From NCBI RefSeq assembly GCF_009914755.1, contig NC_060925.1: 64,000 nucleotides of DNA; one strand, written 5' to 3'. The first letter of the stretch is position 1; each line of letters opens with the position of its first letter. This DNA comes from the human T2T-CHM13v2.0 reference genome, Homo sapiens. A model generated the notes under the pieces. The model did not search any database and was not told where the DNA came from. It saw nothing but the letters and a program-made list of their open reading frames with translations. This document shows positions 1 through 13,990 of this stretch, one piece after another. The position numbers were made by a program, and so were the translations under genes.

Positions 1-633
1 CTGCATTTACCTTCCCAACACTGTGTGACTCATTAGTAAGCACAAGGAAGGACCCACCATGAGCCCCCCGCTCCTTCCCAGTGTTGCTAATAGAAATTGT
101 TAGCTCCGTGACCCAGAAGGGGAATCATTTCTTTGGAAAGTGCTCTCTCATGGCTTTCATTGAGATCTGCAGCCATAGGTATTCTCACTCCACATCTTCA
201 TACACATTAACTTTATTAATATTGGCAGATCTTCCTCTAATTCTGTGATTTGGAGTTTCATATTTCTCTTAAGTTAGTTGAAGATGGAATTCTAAAGTAC
301 ATATATTTATATGTTAACATCTGTTACATCTAAGTAAGGAAAAATACAGAATATATTATTTGCTACTTTTTTGAGTGTTTAAAATATTTTATAATTAAGT
401 GTATCAATTTTATTTTTGCCAGATTTATATAAAGCATATAAATTAAATGTGTTAATTAGATATCCTACAGCTGTAATCCTCCTAAGTATCCACAATATTT
501 TTGGCTTGCTGTTTCTCACCTTAGAATGACTAAACTAGCACATTAGAATAAATAAGGAAGAATAACATTTAGTAGGTCTTCTAATATGCCAACTTTAACA
601 ACCGCTGTTTTATTTATTTTAATGGATAAGAGC

Positions 634-1005
634 TTTATTAGTCCGTTTTCACACTGCTATAAAGAACTTCCCTGATACTGGCTAAATTATAACCAAAAGA
701 GGTTTAACTGACTCACAGTCCCACATGGCTGGGGAGCCTCAGGAAACTTACAATCATGGTGGAAGTGGAAGCAGACACCTTCTTCACAAGGTGGCAGGAA
801 GAGAGAGAGCATGCGAAGAAGGAACTGTCAGACACTAATAAAACCATCAGATCTCGTGAGAACTCACTATCACAAAAACAGCATGGGGGAAACAGCCCCC
901 ATGCTCTAATCACCTCCCACCAGGTCCTTCTCTCGACATGTGGGGATTATGGGGATTATAATTTGAGATGAGATTTGGGTGGAGACACAGATCCAAACCA
1001 TATCA
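634..1005 (-). mobile_element. MaLR solo LTR, THE1D/THE1C-like
   Basis: TTTATTAGTCCGTTTTCACACTGCTATAAAG...CCAAACCATATCA termini; perfect 5-bp TSD AGAGC at 629-633 and 1006-1010. Confidence 0.9.
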
Positions 1006-1235
1006 AGAGCATGGACTCTGGATCCAGAGTGCCTCACCTTAAATTCTATGTCCGACCCTTATAAGGAAAGTGGCCTCGGGCATATTATTTAACATTTATG
1101 CCCTTTGGTTTTCTCAGCATAAAATGAGGATAATATTAAGATTGTTGTGAGAAGTAGGCAAATTAATACTTTTAAAACATGTAGAACAGTGCTTGACACA
1201 TAGTGCTATTATATAGCAGAAATTATTACTACCAT
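1006..1235 (+). mobile_element. MIR SINE, interrupted by the THE1 LTR
   Basis: AGAGCATGGACTCTGG...TTTTCTCAGCATAAAATGAGGATAATA...AGAACAGTGCTTGACACATAG core motifs. Confidence 0.75.
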
Positions 1236-3566
1236 TATTCCATGTTTCATGGATTCATATGTCGTTTAAATAATTTCAATAAATGTAAAATTTTACTACA
1301 TACTACATATTATTAGTTCTCCTGGTTATTTTTATTTGGAATGTTAAATAGATGGAGTCTCAAGTTCATATTTTGAAAATTAGTGGTTAAGGATGTGACA
1401 ATGATTTAATGAGAAATTCTCATCTCCAGGCCATTTAAATAGCCCATTCTCATGGTTACATTATAATATTCTATGTCCATAAATCTTTCAGTTCCATAGG
1501 ACTTTTCCCATGGCTGTATCTCAAGTTCCATAGTTCTAGAGTCTGTAACATAAAGCAAAGAGATAAAAATCACTTATAATTTCCTTTCTGAAATAAAATA
1601 TAGCAAATATTTAACTAGAGCTTTTCCTCTTGCTAGTGACATCCAGTCCTATATGTAGTAACTTAAGGATGAAGGCGAAATACCTGTTTTTTACTCTTTC
1701 ATTCACTGAATACATTTACTAAGAATAAGGCATTATGGAGCATGGGAACTAAAGAGATTGATTAAGCAGGATATCTGCTCTCCAGGATCTTCTGTCAAAT
1801 AGAAGGGATAACATGAGCATATGGTTGCTCAGGAAGCCTTGCTGAGTCAATGAAGTAAAAAAGGAGGAAAGAGCTATTAAATAACTCTATTCTTGGATGT
1901 TTCATTGTGGAGCACTCATTTTCTGGTGATTAATTGTTTTGAATGTAACTTCAACTTTATGGGTTAAGAAGTTGACAGCATCCTAGGGCTGGCTACATCT
2001 CTCAGCCAGAAGTAAATGAATACAAGGGTGGTTTGTAAATCTAAAATTTCAATTTGCTAATTTAAATTTTTTATTATATTATTAGCATGTTGTTATACTG
2101 TCAGTTTATTAATTTATAATTATTTATGGGCAGTTAATTTGCCCATTTGACTACAGAGAATAGCTTGGGGAGCTATGTGTTTATCAACAAGTTTCTTGGT
2201 GAACAAAGACTAAGTCAGATCAAGAAGTCAGAATAGCCAACATTCAATCAAGTCAAGCCTTGATAATGATATATTCATCACCATAGTAGCCATCACACTT
2301 TATGCCTTCAAATGGGACTGGAGTACCTGTGAGTCAACTCTTCTAACTCTCAACCTGCTTCTGTTGATCCTGCCAATGTTCAACTTCTTAGTATCTCTTT
2401 TATAAGGTGAATAAATTCACCTTCTAATTGACTCTTTATTTCAATGTGCTCATCAAGTTACAACTGGATCTTACAAATATTGGTGCTCTTGCAACTTTTT
2501 AATGTGACTTTGTACATCTCTGCTATGCTTAACATGCGGTAATCTTACTATTTAAAGGGAAATGTGCAATCTTATATCACTTACTTTGGGAAGAATATAT
2601 TGAAATGAATAATTTATATTCCTTAACAATTTTGTTAAGTCGGCCACTTCAGAGAGTGGACAGTAATAAAGTAAATCAGTGAAATAAATAACCATAAAAC
2701 ATTAATAGACCAGAAATTTATTTTATTATCCATGAAGAATGTCATAAATATCGCATTTAAATTTGAATTTCTCTAATGTGCTAGTTTCACAAAAATCAAA
2801 TGAATCAAGCTAATGTAACCAAACTGAACACTTCATTTACAATGTTAGAAAAAAATTGAATTTGGTGTCCATCTTACAATCGGTCAAGTAAAGAAAAGCA
2901 GAAATCACAGAGTAGTTGAAATTATCCCATGGGTATGAAGAATTAGGAGAGTAGCCCTAGAAATTGTAGATCCTCTGACCCAAAGGCCAGCTAGTGGCCT
3001 AAACACAGCATGCCACTAAGACATTTTATTAAGTCTGTCCAGATGGACAGTTTCCCATTGGTCCTACAAGCAGCCAGCAGTTTGACCTACTAATAACTTG
3101 GAAACAAGACAGCAGAAACTATTTTGACTTTATCCCCACTTGGGAGCCCCTGCCTCTCAAGGGAGCCAGTCATCAGCTGCAGCCTGGCCTAAAACCAGGG
3201 AGGAGTCTGGCTGGCAATACCAGACATATAAATTTTTCCTTATCTCTACCTCTTCTCCCTCCCACTTTAGTTTTTCCTTTGGCACCTTTCCATCTCTGTC
3301 TTGTTCAAACTCAACTTACTCTTTATCCCAGAGTGCTTCATTAATATCTAAGCATACAGGCTAAGGTCACCCAGAACCATCATCTCCCAGAAGAGAGAGG
3401 ATGTGTAGTTAGATTCCACGTACCAGCAATGCATCTTGTTTATAAGGCCTTTTCTTTACTTGACCATGTTTACCCAATGTACAAACCTACCATCATTTCT
3501 ATTATTTCAATTTTAAAAATTAATAACTTAAGAAAATCTGTCAATCCAGTTATTTCCTATTATATA

Positions 3567-3591
3567 TAGATAGATAGATAGATAGACAGAT
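3567..3591 (+). repeat. (GATA)n microsatellite
   Basis: Tandem TAGA units seen directly. Confidence 0.85.
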
Positions 3592-4812
3592 GGTTATGTA
3601 TATGTAACCAGAAAAAATTATTTGTTTCACTCTTATTTTAGATATTATATTCCCTTCCTTTTTTCTTTATTATGTCTGACTTGAAATATTGAGATACTAC
3701 AAGTTTTCATTCATCATCAGCTCACATTCTTATTTAAATTTTTAAATTTCCATTGTGCATAGCTATTACCAGGCATATTCTGTTGACTTACTATGTTTCT
3801 ATTTTTATGTCTCTCTTATTCATCACATGATGAGGCCTTTGCAGGCAGGAAGGATGTCTTCCTTATGTTTATATCTCCAGTGTTTATGACAATGTCTAGA
3901 ATTTAGCAGAGACTCATAATTTTTTCTAGAAACAGACTTAGTTTTTATATAAATGTCACAATTAATATAATATGTATGGATATAGTTTTAGTTTCATGAC
4001 TGTATTTTCTTGCTCAGCCTGGTGCATTGAACACCCAATGCCTGAAAAAAATTCTCTAATTTCTCATATTTTGGTTTATATTGAAACACAAAAGCACTTA
4101 AAGATAATGTATGATCCCTTTTGTACATTACCAGTAACATGTTTATTATAATTAAAGTCTAGACCTTTCTACTATTTAAATTTGCATACCCATTCTGTAA
4201 AGAACTGAAATAGTTTTAAAAGATTATGAACATAATGAACATTAGCCCAAGAAATCCGCAGAGACGGCTGTTAACAGTAGCTGTTCTGCTAAGCAAGTTG
4301 GACTTTAGCCAATGAAAATCCCCTATGGAGAAGTCTAATAATATTAGCCTCAATTCCAATGCTGGCAATAAGGCATATATAACAAACAATTTTCCTCTCT
4401 CTTTAAGAACACTGCTCCAGATGTCTTCTATTAAAAGCGAATGTAACATTGATGTGTATAATAAACCCTGATCACATTTCAACATATTGATATTAAGCTC
4501 ACCCATATTGCACTACAGACATAAGTTTATTCTTAGGTCTCATTCTTACTCATGTTTATAATCAGTATAAGCTTCCATTTACATAAAGTTTACGTTCTTA
4601 TTTACAGTTTCACATATCATTAATTATTTAATTTTTACTGATTTCTTTTTAGCTTGATAAATTAGCATGCTATGCAGTTTTTCAGCATAAAGTAATTAAG
4701 AAAGTAATTTTATTGATTAGATTAACTCAATATTCAAGTCAAGCATATGCCATTTTTCATTACTGAAAACTGTTTCTCAAAAAATGACATTAAAATAAAA
4801 TTTAAATTATAA

Positions 4813-5215
<403 letters not shown>

Positions 5216-8200
5216 TAAAGTTATGCTCAGAGTTACCCCGTTATAGAGCTCTGGAAGTTTAAAGGCTCCTTAACTATTTAGGGATAGAGGAGCTCTCTTA
5301 GTGTGGGATATGTCTTCTTGAGCATTCTGCAAACTTCAGGACCTTTTCTAGAAGGGTAGTCTAGATTTCCCCCTTGAAGGTTAGCGTCTCCTAGGCACTT
5401 CTCTATTTAGAACCTGGTTGAGCTGCCTTGAAATATCAGAATAGAGCCCCAAGTCTTCTTCATCAGAATCTTTAGTCAGGATCTAGTTACCTTCTGGGGT
5501 GTCTCAAAATAGACCAGTTTTAAGCAGTTCTATGTATTTATTCTGCTAGTTACCTCCAGGTTTTCAATAACATACATTCATTGCTATTTCTTGTTTATTC
5601 AACTTTAAGATGTTTCTCAATGCTCTACTTTAAAAGAGGAGATTTAGACCACTCAAAATGCTTTCTTTGTATGTATGTGAGGTTTATAAATGTTTACTCT
5701 TTAACGACTTCTTGTCTCATTAAATGGATAGCTACATGTTTCACAGAATTATGGAATTTTTAATAAGAGATTGTTTTAGCTATTATCTTATACAAACCTT
5801 TCATTCAGTAGACTGAGACTCAGAGACTAATTCAAGCGAATTGAGAATTACAATAGGGAGGAAGTTTGAAACTTAAGGCTTTATGTTCAGGTCTATACAA
5901 TTGGGTTAGTGTTGTGAAGACCAAGTCCTACTTCTATCACTTTGTTGATAAGACTTTAGTATGTAGATATCCCTGAGTTTTCTTCTGTTTACACCTTCTG
6001 CTAACATTATAGTCTAGTCCATCAATACCTTTTACTTGGACCACTGCACATGGTTGCTAGGGTTAATTATACCAAAATACAAATCTAATTATGTCTTTCT
6101 CCTACTTAAAACCTTTCATGAAAACTTAATATGGCTTACAAGCTGTTGTATTTTCCATTTCACAGATGAAAGAACTAAGAATGAGAAATTAAATAACTTT
6201 CCTAAGAGTAAATGGTTAATAAAAGACCACAGCTAGGATTCAAACTCAACTCTGTCAGTGCCGAAACATTGAAAGCTGGTAACGTGATCTGAGACAGCTG
6301 AAGGAAAAGAACTGGAACTTTCAAGTTTTTATTTGGTAACTGCCACATGGGAGGCAATTTGTTAATTTCTGTTACTATTAAAATAAGCAAAATATTAGTC
6401 CCAATGCAACACAAAGAAGAGATAGGGGAAAGTAGTAGTCTTATCTCATCTAATTTTCTTTTCTGTTAATCTAGGAGATTGTACTATGAGTAATTTATGA
6501 AGTTCCCTATGATATGATTGTGGCTCCCCTTAACTCTTTCAATACAGTAGCAGGAGAGCATAATGGTTAAGGACATGAGCTCCAGATTCCAAAAGACCTG
6601 GGCTCTAGCCCAGCTCCCTCTAGTATCATTGTGAAGATTAAAATTGATCATTCATGCAAAATTCTTAGTTTAGTCTTGGCAGTAATGTTTTCTCTCCATA
6701 GTAACTTTTGTGAATGAGTTTTTGCTTATCTCATTCAGAAGAAGAGGGCTGTATCTTTAGTCTCAGGAGCCTTAGTATCTGGCAAATGCTTGGACTACGT
6801 ATTATTAACTCAGTAAATATTACTTGGATGAATGGCATGAATTATGTGTCTCCTAAGAAGGTACACAGGCAGAGACCCATAAGAAGATATAGCTGTTTTG
6901 AGTAGTCCAGAATGGATGAAGGCAATGAAAGAAGCATAGCGTGTAAAGGCAGGCAGATATTACATCTTGAGTAGCTTTATAAGCCATGTAAAGAAGACTG
7001 AGCTTCATCCTGCAGAGGGGAAAGCATAAAGCATTGTATGCTTAAATAGCACAATCAACTTTACAATTTTTAAACACAAAACCTTCTGACTGCAATATAG
7101 AGGCAATATTGAAGAGGAGCCTAATAGGAAGTATGGAGAATAGTTAAGAAAATATTGATGTAATATCGGTAAAAAAGTAACAGGAAGCTTAATGCAAAGC
7201 AAAGACAATATGAACACATTTCAGAGCTATTCAGTGGAAAAATACTCAAAATGTTTGTGTCAATTATTAGGATACTAAAAAAATAGTAAGCAATCGGTAC
7301 ACTAATTTCCAAATATCAGTATTTAGATTCACAAGATCAAAGTCACCTTTGGGAGCTTTTTAAGGACAGATTGTTGAGCTTATTCTTAGAGGCTCTAATT
7401 CAATGGTGTAAAGGTTGGCCCAGGATACTGTAATTTTTTATTCCTTAACTGCATTTTTTATGCATCATTTAAATTTGACTTGCACAATATATTAGATTTT
7501 TTTTTACTATAACCAAACCAATGGCCAAATAGCTCCTTCATGCAACCATCGCTAGCACTGTTCTAAATAAGATGATGCATACAAGATAAACTTAACACAA
7601 TTCCAAAGTTTAAGTACTTTACAATTTGATCAAGAGGACAAAGTTAACATATGAAACAAATGGAGAATAGTATTTGCTAAACCATATGCTACTGAGGATG
7701 GATGGAATAAATTTTCCAGAGATATGAGACCATGATGGGAATTGGAATAGATATAATTAGAATGGGTCTGCAATAGGGAGAGTATTAGAAAACTAAGAGG
7801 AAATGCAATAGCCCAGCTATGATTTGACTAGCACAGAATGAGCTGGTCATGTGGAGAAGGGTAAGAAAAACACCAAGAATGAAGCAAAAAGAGAGTCATA
7901 GAATAGCTGTAAATCAGTATGGTCTGATATCCTGGGTAAGATAATAAAGAATATTGAGGGGAAAATATTTTAGGAATATAGCAATAGCAAGAAAAAAAAG
8001 AGGTGAATTGAAGAATGAAGAGACTGGGAGAGGAAAGACCAGCATTGTGGGGAGCAGGGGTGAGATGACCCGTTTTAATCATTTCAAGCACGAGGTAATA
8101 AAAGCATAGGTTTGAGGTAGTGGTTTCTGGAAACGGAAAGGAAAATGTGATGGGTAATTTTATGCATCAACTTAGCAAGGCTGTGGCACCCAGTAGTTTG

Positions 8201-8247
8201 GTCAAACACCAGTCTAAATGTTGCTGTTAATGTATTTTTTAGATATG

Positions 8248-8667
8248 TGTCTTAGTCCATTTTGTGCCCCTATAACAGATTAACTGAGACTAGGCAATTT
8301 ATAAAGAACAGAGATATATTTCTTACAGTTCTGGAGGCTGGAAAATTCATGGTCAGGGGCTCTCATCTGGTGAGGACCTTCTTGCTGCATCATCCCATCA
8401 TGAAAGGTGAAAGGGCAAGAGATCCTGCTTATGTGTGCATACACCTGAGCAAGAGAGAGTGGGGGAAAGGAGGCCAAACTCATCCTTTTATCAGGAACTC
8501 TCCTCTGCAATAATGAACCCACTCCCAAGATAATGACTTTAATCTAATCATGAAAGAAGAACCCTCATGAACTAGTCACCTCTTCAAGGTCTCGCCTCTC
8601 AACACTGTTGCATTGGTTATTGAGTTTCCAACACATGAACTTTGGAGGACACATTCAAACCATAGCC
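8248..8667 (-). mobile_element. MaLR solo LTR (MSTC/MSTD/MLT1A-like) nested in MLT2
   Basis: TGTCTTAGTCCATTTTGTG...ACATTCAAACCATAGC; near-TSD ATATG/ATTTG. Confidence 0.8.
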
Positions 8668-8983
8668 ATTTGGTCAATATTTAAATCATTAGACTTTGAG
8701 TACAGCAGACTACCCTTTATAATGTGGGTGAGCCTCATCCAATTAATTAAAGGCCTTAACAGTCAAAACTGAGGTTTCTTGAAGAAGGAATAATTCTCCT
8801 CAATACTACACTTAAAAACTCTACCTGATTTTCCAGCCTGCTGCCCTGTGGAGCCTGGACACGGGCCTGCAGCATCAACTGTCACCTGAATTTCCATCCC
8901 ACCTATCTGCCCCACTGATTTTGGATTACCAGTCCCTACAATCATATGAGTCTATTCCTTAAACTAACTCCCTAGCTATCCTA

Positions 8984-9143
8984 TCATATATATATGATAT
9001 ATATATATATATATGATATGATATATATATATATATGATAAGATATATATATATTTTATATATATATGATAGGAGACATATATATATGTGATAGGCTAGG
9101 GAGCTGGTTTAAGGAATAGATTCATGAGATGGTAGGGACTGGT

Positions 9144-9174
<31 letters not shown>

Positions 9175-9325
9175 TACTTTATATATACACACATATATCC
9201 ATTATATATATATATATATATGTGTGTGTGTGCGTTTGTACATGTGATATCCATTATATATATATGTGCGTTTGTGCATGTGTGTGTGATATTTATATAG
9301 ATATATATCTCCTATATAAATATAT
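8984..9325. repeat. Compound (AT)n/(CA)n/(TG)n low-complexity tract
   Basis: Seen directly; lies in the variable region of the MLT2 LTR. Confidence 0.85.
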
Positions 9326-10399
9326 CCTATTGGTTCTTTTTGTCTGGAGAACTCTGACTAACACCGAAAGGATGAATACCAGAGATATTATGAAGGGACG
9401 AAGTTGATAATAAAAGGAAGATTTTTTAAAAATCAAAGATAACTTCAAAGTTTAGAAGAAACTAAAAGCAGCTGCAGCTTCAGAAGCTCACTGTGATTTG
9501 TTGTCTTCACGTGCTTCTCTCAAAGGAGTTTTGCCCCTCCTGAGTGTTTAATGATGCTGGTAGATAGACTGTATTATGTCATTGTGCTTTCAGCAATCCC
9601 ATTGACCTTTTAATGATCTGGGTTTTTTTATTGCTAGTACTGTACAATTTAGAGTTTTACTCTAATTGTTTAATACTTTCTAATATTAGCATGTTTCAAA
9701 TATCCCATTCAATTTAAATAGATGTTGAATAGCCTTGGAATTTAAGTTTCGATGTCCTTTTTTAATATCTAAAGGCAATAGGAGGAGATATTCCCCCTTG
9801 AACTGGGCAGTAAACCCAAAAGACAATATAATTTCTCTGCTTTCATGCCAATGAGAGAGTGAACACAAATGTTACTCTGTAGTAACCAATTTGTATCCTT
9901 AACTGAAATTGCAATTCAGTTCTATAACACCATTCTGCCTCAGATCCATCAAGTATTATTTTTCAGTCCTTTCCTGTTGAGACTGACTTCTGATGAATAA
10001 GTTTCCTTTGATGGAAAGTCAGGGCAGGAAATCTACAGAAAACTGTATGGTACTGCAGTTTTCCTTATACATGGCACTCTGTGCCCACAAAGTATTCCAT
10101 AGAGTGTTTGTTTCATCTAATTTACCACCCTGCCAATTTCAGTGCATTTCGGCTAACCACTTGGACTCATTACCCACCTTATTATTCCTGGTTCTGTTTA
10201 GATAATTCATCAAAGTTTTTTGAATTAATCCACTATGCTAAATCTTAACACTATTAACACCAACAAAATTTCAACTTAGGTACTTGCAATAGATGTAATA
10301 ACAGATCTTCTGCAGCTTAAGGGATAAATACAGCAGATGACTCTGTCAATCTACATGCAACTACCTACATTTCATAAATTGCTTACTGTATAAGTAAGC

Positions 10400-11140
10400 A
10401 CATGACCAATGATATGAAATAAAAAGTCCACAGGAGAAACTTTCAGCATGCCTACAAGAAACATAAACTAACAATACGAAGTGTGAGCAAAAATGTGTAG
10501 TTCCTAGAGCCCTTACTGCTGATGGGAAGTTAAAAACATAACTATGGGGAAAAAACAAAAAGTTGGCATTAATTTGTAAAGCTGAGCTTGTTCATACTTA
10601 ATGAGCAAGCAATACTCTAGATTTATACATTAAAGAAATATACATGCATGTGCATGGTGAGACACAAAAAAGAATATTCTTAATCAGCATTGTTCACGAT
10701 TGCAAACATTTAAAAACAACCATATCAATCATGAGAGAACAAAAGAGACACTTTGTGAAATACTACATATCAGTGAAAATAAACAAATAATAACCAAATA
10801 CATCAATAGAGATAAATCTTAGAATCACAGTTTTGTCTGGAAAAAAAATATAGTTGCAGATGACTACATTCATCATGACAGCATTTTAATAAAATCAAAA
10901 CAAAAAAGGCATATCTTTTACAGATGTATACATATATGGCAAGAGTAAAGAAAATCAAGGACTTATTTTTTATTTGAAGATACCTAAGGGGCTAGGAATG
11001 TATAGGGATAAGATTCGGGTGAAGACACATGCAGGTTTAGAAAGACTGAGAACATCTTTTTTAAGCTGTTACCATAAGTCATAAATTCCATATATATTAC
11101 ATACATCACTGTTTGGTATACATGAAATCTTTCAGACTTA
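10400..11140 (+). mobile_element. Old L1 (L1ME-like) 3' region
   Basis: A-rich sense strand with degenerate ORF2-end and 3'UTR motifs; boundaries approximate. Confidence 0.55.
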
Positions 11141-11706
11141 AAAGATAAAAAACACGCCAGAGGAAACTATTTACTGTGTCAAAAATCAACAAGTTTAAAA
11201 AACAGAATCTGGAAACAATATATTGTCTAAAATTTCCAGGTTTTAACACAATTTATGAGAGAAGAAAAAAACAGGAAACTGTGCCCAATGCTGAGGAAAA
11301 AAAGCAGTGAATAGAAATTGAGTCCAAGTGACTCCAGATGTTGGATGTAAAAGACAATGACATAAAAGCAGCTATTATAACTATAGTCAAAGAACAGAAG
11401 AAAACTTTGAAGAAGTTAAGGAAAATATAATGACAATAACTCATCTCATCAAAATATTCTCAATAAGGAAATATAAACTATATTAAAAATAATCAAATGG
11501 AAATTCAAAAGTTTTAGATTATAATGACTGGACTCAACAGAATATTTGAGCTAGAATAAAGAATCCATAAACGAAGATCAATAGAAATTTTCAATCAGAA
11601 GAACAGAGAGAAAGAGGTTGAAAAATAAAATACAGCCTCAGATATTTAAGGGAGAATAATAAGTATACTAATATGCACGGAATGGAAGTCTCAAGTAAGA
11701 AAAGAT

Positions 11707-12011
11707 ATGAGATGGAGTTCACTGAGGTTGAGAGTGATACAGAATCATTTGGTGTCCGAGTACCAACAGTACCAGGACATCACAGCTGAGAAGTGGGCTG
11801 AGGAGGAGATGCCCTAGAGCTTTCCGTTACTGGGGAAGGGTGGAAGTTGTGTGAATTCTTTATTTACTCACAATGTGTTCTAGGATACCCACATCTCACG
11901 GTGTGTGCACTTGATATTTGTCGTATCTTCACACTGCATGTTATTGCATTTTAAAGCATTTTAATAGTATATGGTTTCACCTACTAAAGCATTTTCATAG
12001 AAAAAAATAAA
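11707..12011 (+). pseudogene. 5'-truncated processed beta-tubulin pseudogene (TUBB4B/TUBB8 family C-terminus and 3'UTR)
   Basis: Encodes [23 protein letters not shown]...AEEEMP* (TAG 11815-11817), matching the beta-tubulin tail [28 protein letters not shown]...AEEEVA*; 3'UTR ends TAAAGCATTTTCATAG plus an A tail. Confidence 0.9.
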
Positions 12012-12469
12012 CAACGTTTTCAGTACTCTGGGACTTGCATTACATGTATGCTGGTGTACTTATTATTGTCCCTTAGGTCTCTTAGGCTATATTAATTTAT
12101 ATAATACACATATATATGCATATATTTGTGTGTGTGTGTGTGTAAAGAGAGAGAGAGGGAGAGAGAGATGTGTGTATATAGAAATAATGGCTGAAAACTT
12201 CCCAAATTACATAAAAAACATTATCTATTGCATGTACAAATACAAGAACATAAATGAAACCCAAATGGGAGAAACACCAAAAGATTCACGTTTGGAAATA
12301 TCATGGTCAAACTTTTGAAAGTTAAAAACAAAGAGAAATTTTTGAAAACAGCTAGAGAAAAGCAACTGAAAACTAACTTCTTAGCAGAAGTAGTAGAGGC
12401 TAGAGGTAGTGGAATGACATTCAAAGTGCTGAGAGAGAAGCATACTTCTGGAAAGTAGTTGTCTCTCGA

Positions 12470-13030
12470 AAACCGAAGCATACAGTTACCTTATGATCCA
12501 ATAATTCCACTCCTACTTAAATATCTAAGATGAAATGAAAACAATGTCTTACATAATTGTTCATAGCAGCAGTATTTATACTGTTCAAACACAGGAAACA
12601 AACGAAATTTCTATCAACTGATGCATGGATAAACAGAATGTGATATATCTAAACAACGAGGTGTAATTCAGCTATAAAAATGAATAAAATTCTGTTACAT
12701 GTCACTAATATAGATAAAACTTGAAAACATGTTAAGTGAAAGGACACAATCACAGAAGGCCACATGTTTGACTGAATTTACATAAACTATCCAATCTAGG
12801 CAAGTCTATGGAGACAAAAAGTAGATCAGTGGTTGCCAGGGGCTGAGGAGAATAGGTTACAGGTAGTGACTTCTAATGGGTATGGAGTTTGTTTTCAGGT
12901 GATAAAGATGTTCTGGAATTAGATAATAGTGATCAAGTCACAAATTTATAGATCTACAAGAAACCATTAAATTGTACTTTGAAGGTGGTGAATTTTATAG
13001 TGTGTGCATTATACCTAAATGGTTATTTTG
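12470..13030 (+). mobile_element. L1MB-like 3' end inserted in older L1
   Basis: TTACCTTATGATCCAATAATTCCACTCCTA...GTGGTTGCCAGGGGCTG...AATTTTATAGTGTGTGCATTATACCT 3'UTR motifs. Confidence 0.7.
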
Positions 13031-13990
13031 AAAATTCTGAAAGGGGAAAATGTCAAACAATAATTCTATGTAGCAAGTATACCTTTCAAAAGTGAAAGTG
13101 AAATAAAGACATTCCCAAATAAACAAAGATAACTTGTTGCCAGCAGACCTGGCTTATAAGAAATACTGAAGTAAATTCTTAAGGATAAAAGAAAAGGGCA
13201 GCAGATATAAGTGAAATACAGTAAGAAATGAAGCTACTAGAAATGGTAAATATGTAGGTTGTAATAAAGGACTTCATAAATATATTTTTCTTCTTTTAGA
13301 CTTAAAAAAATAAAAAAGTCAATACTTGTGACACTTATATTATTGGGTTTATAACATACTCCATGTAGATGTAATAATAGATTTGACAATAATAACCTAA
13401 AGTTGGGAGAGGATGTATAATTTAGAGCAAAGTCTATTTTTTACCAGAATTCAGTTGTTATTATTATTAAGAAGTGTTATTATTCTGAAATAGATATTGA
13501 TATGTTAAGATGCATACTGTAATCCCTAGAGCAAATAGTAAGCAAATGAGTGAAAATAATACAGTAAAAGCATCAACAGAGAAATTAACTGATATACTAA
13601 AAAATATTTGCTTAATATAAAGAATGCAGAAAAGAAGTAACAAAACAATAACAACAACAAAAGAAAAACACAAAACAAATAAAATGGCAGACATGAATCC
13701 AACCATATCAATAATTACATTAAATTTGAATAATCACCCTACATAGAAGATAAAGGTTGTAAAATGGGATAAGTAGCAAGATCCAACTATATGCTGTTTA
13801 TAAAAAACACACATTCAATTCAAAGACATAAATAGGTTTAAAGTAAAATAAAAAAAGATACATCACACAAACTAACCACAAGAGAACTGGAGTGGCTGTA
13901 TTAATATAAAAATAATTTATTTTAAGGTGACATATATTACTAAAGGCAAAGGAGAGCATTCCATGATGATAAAAGAGTCAACATATCAAT

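Larger units (their letters stand above)
8146..9365 (+). mobile_element. ERVL solo LTR, MLT2D-like, interrupted by an MST LTR and an expanded AT/CA tract
   Basis: Starts TGTGATGGGTAATTTTATG, ends CCTATTGGTTCTTTTTGTCTGGAGAACTCTGACTAACACC; near-TSD GAAAA/GAAAG. Confidence 0.8.

Noticed and set aside
7300-7440. Possible MER5-like hAT fragment, plus scattered L2 fragments (~1700, 3820, 6760, 7550-8140, 26540)
   Set aside because: Plausible, but too degraded to give reliable boundaries or family by eye
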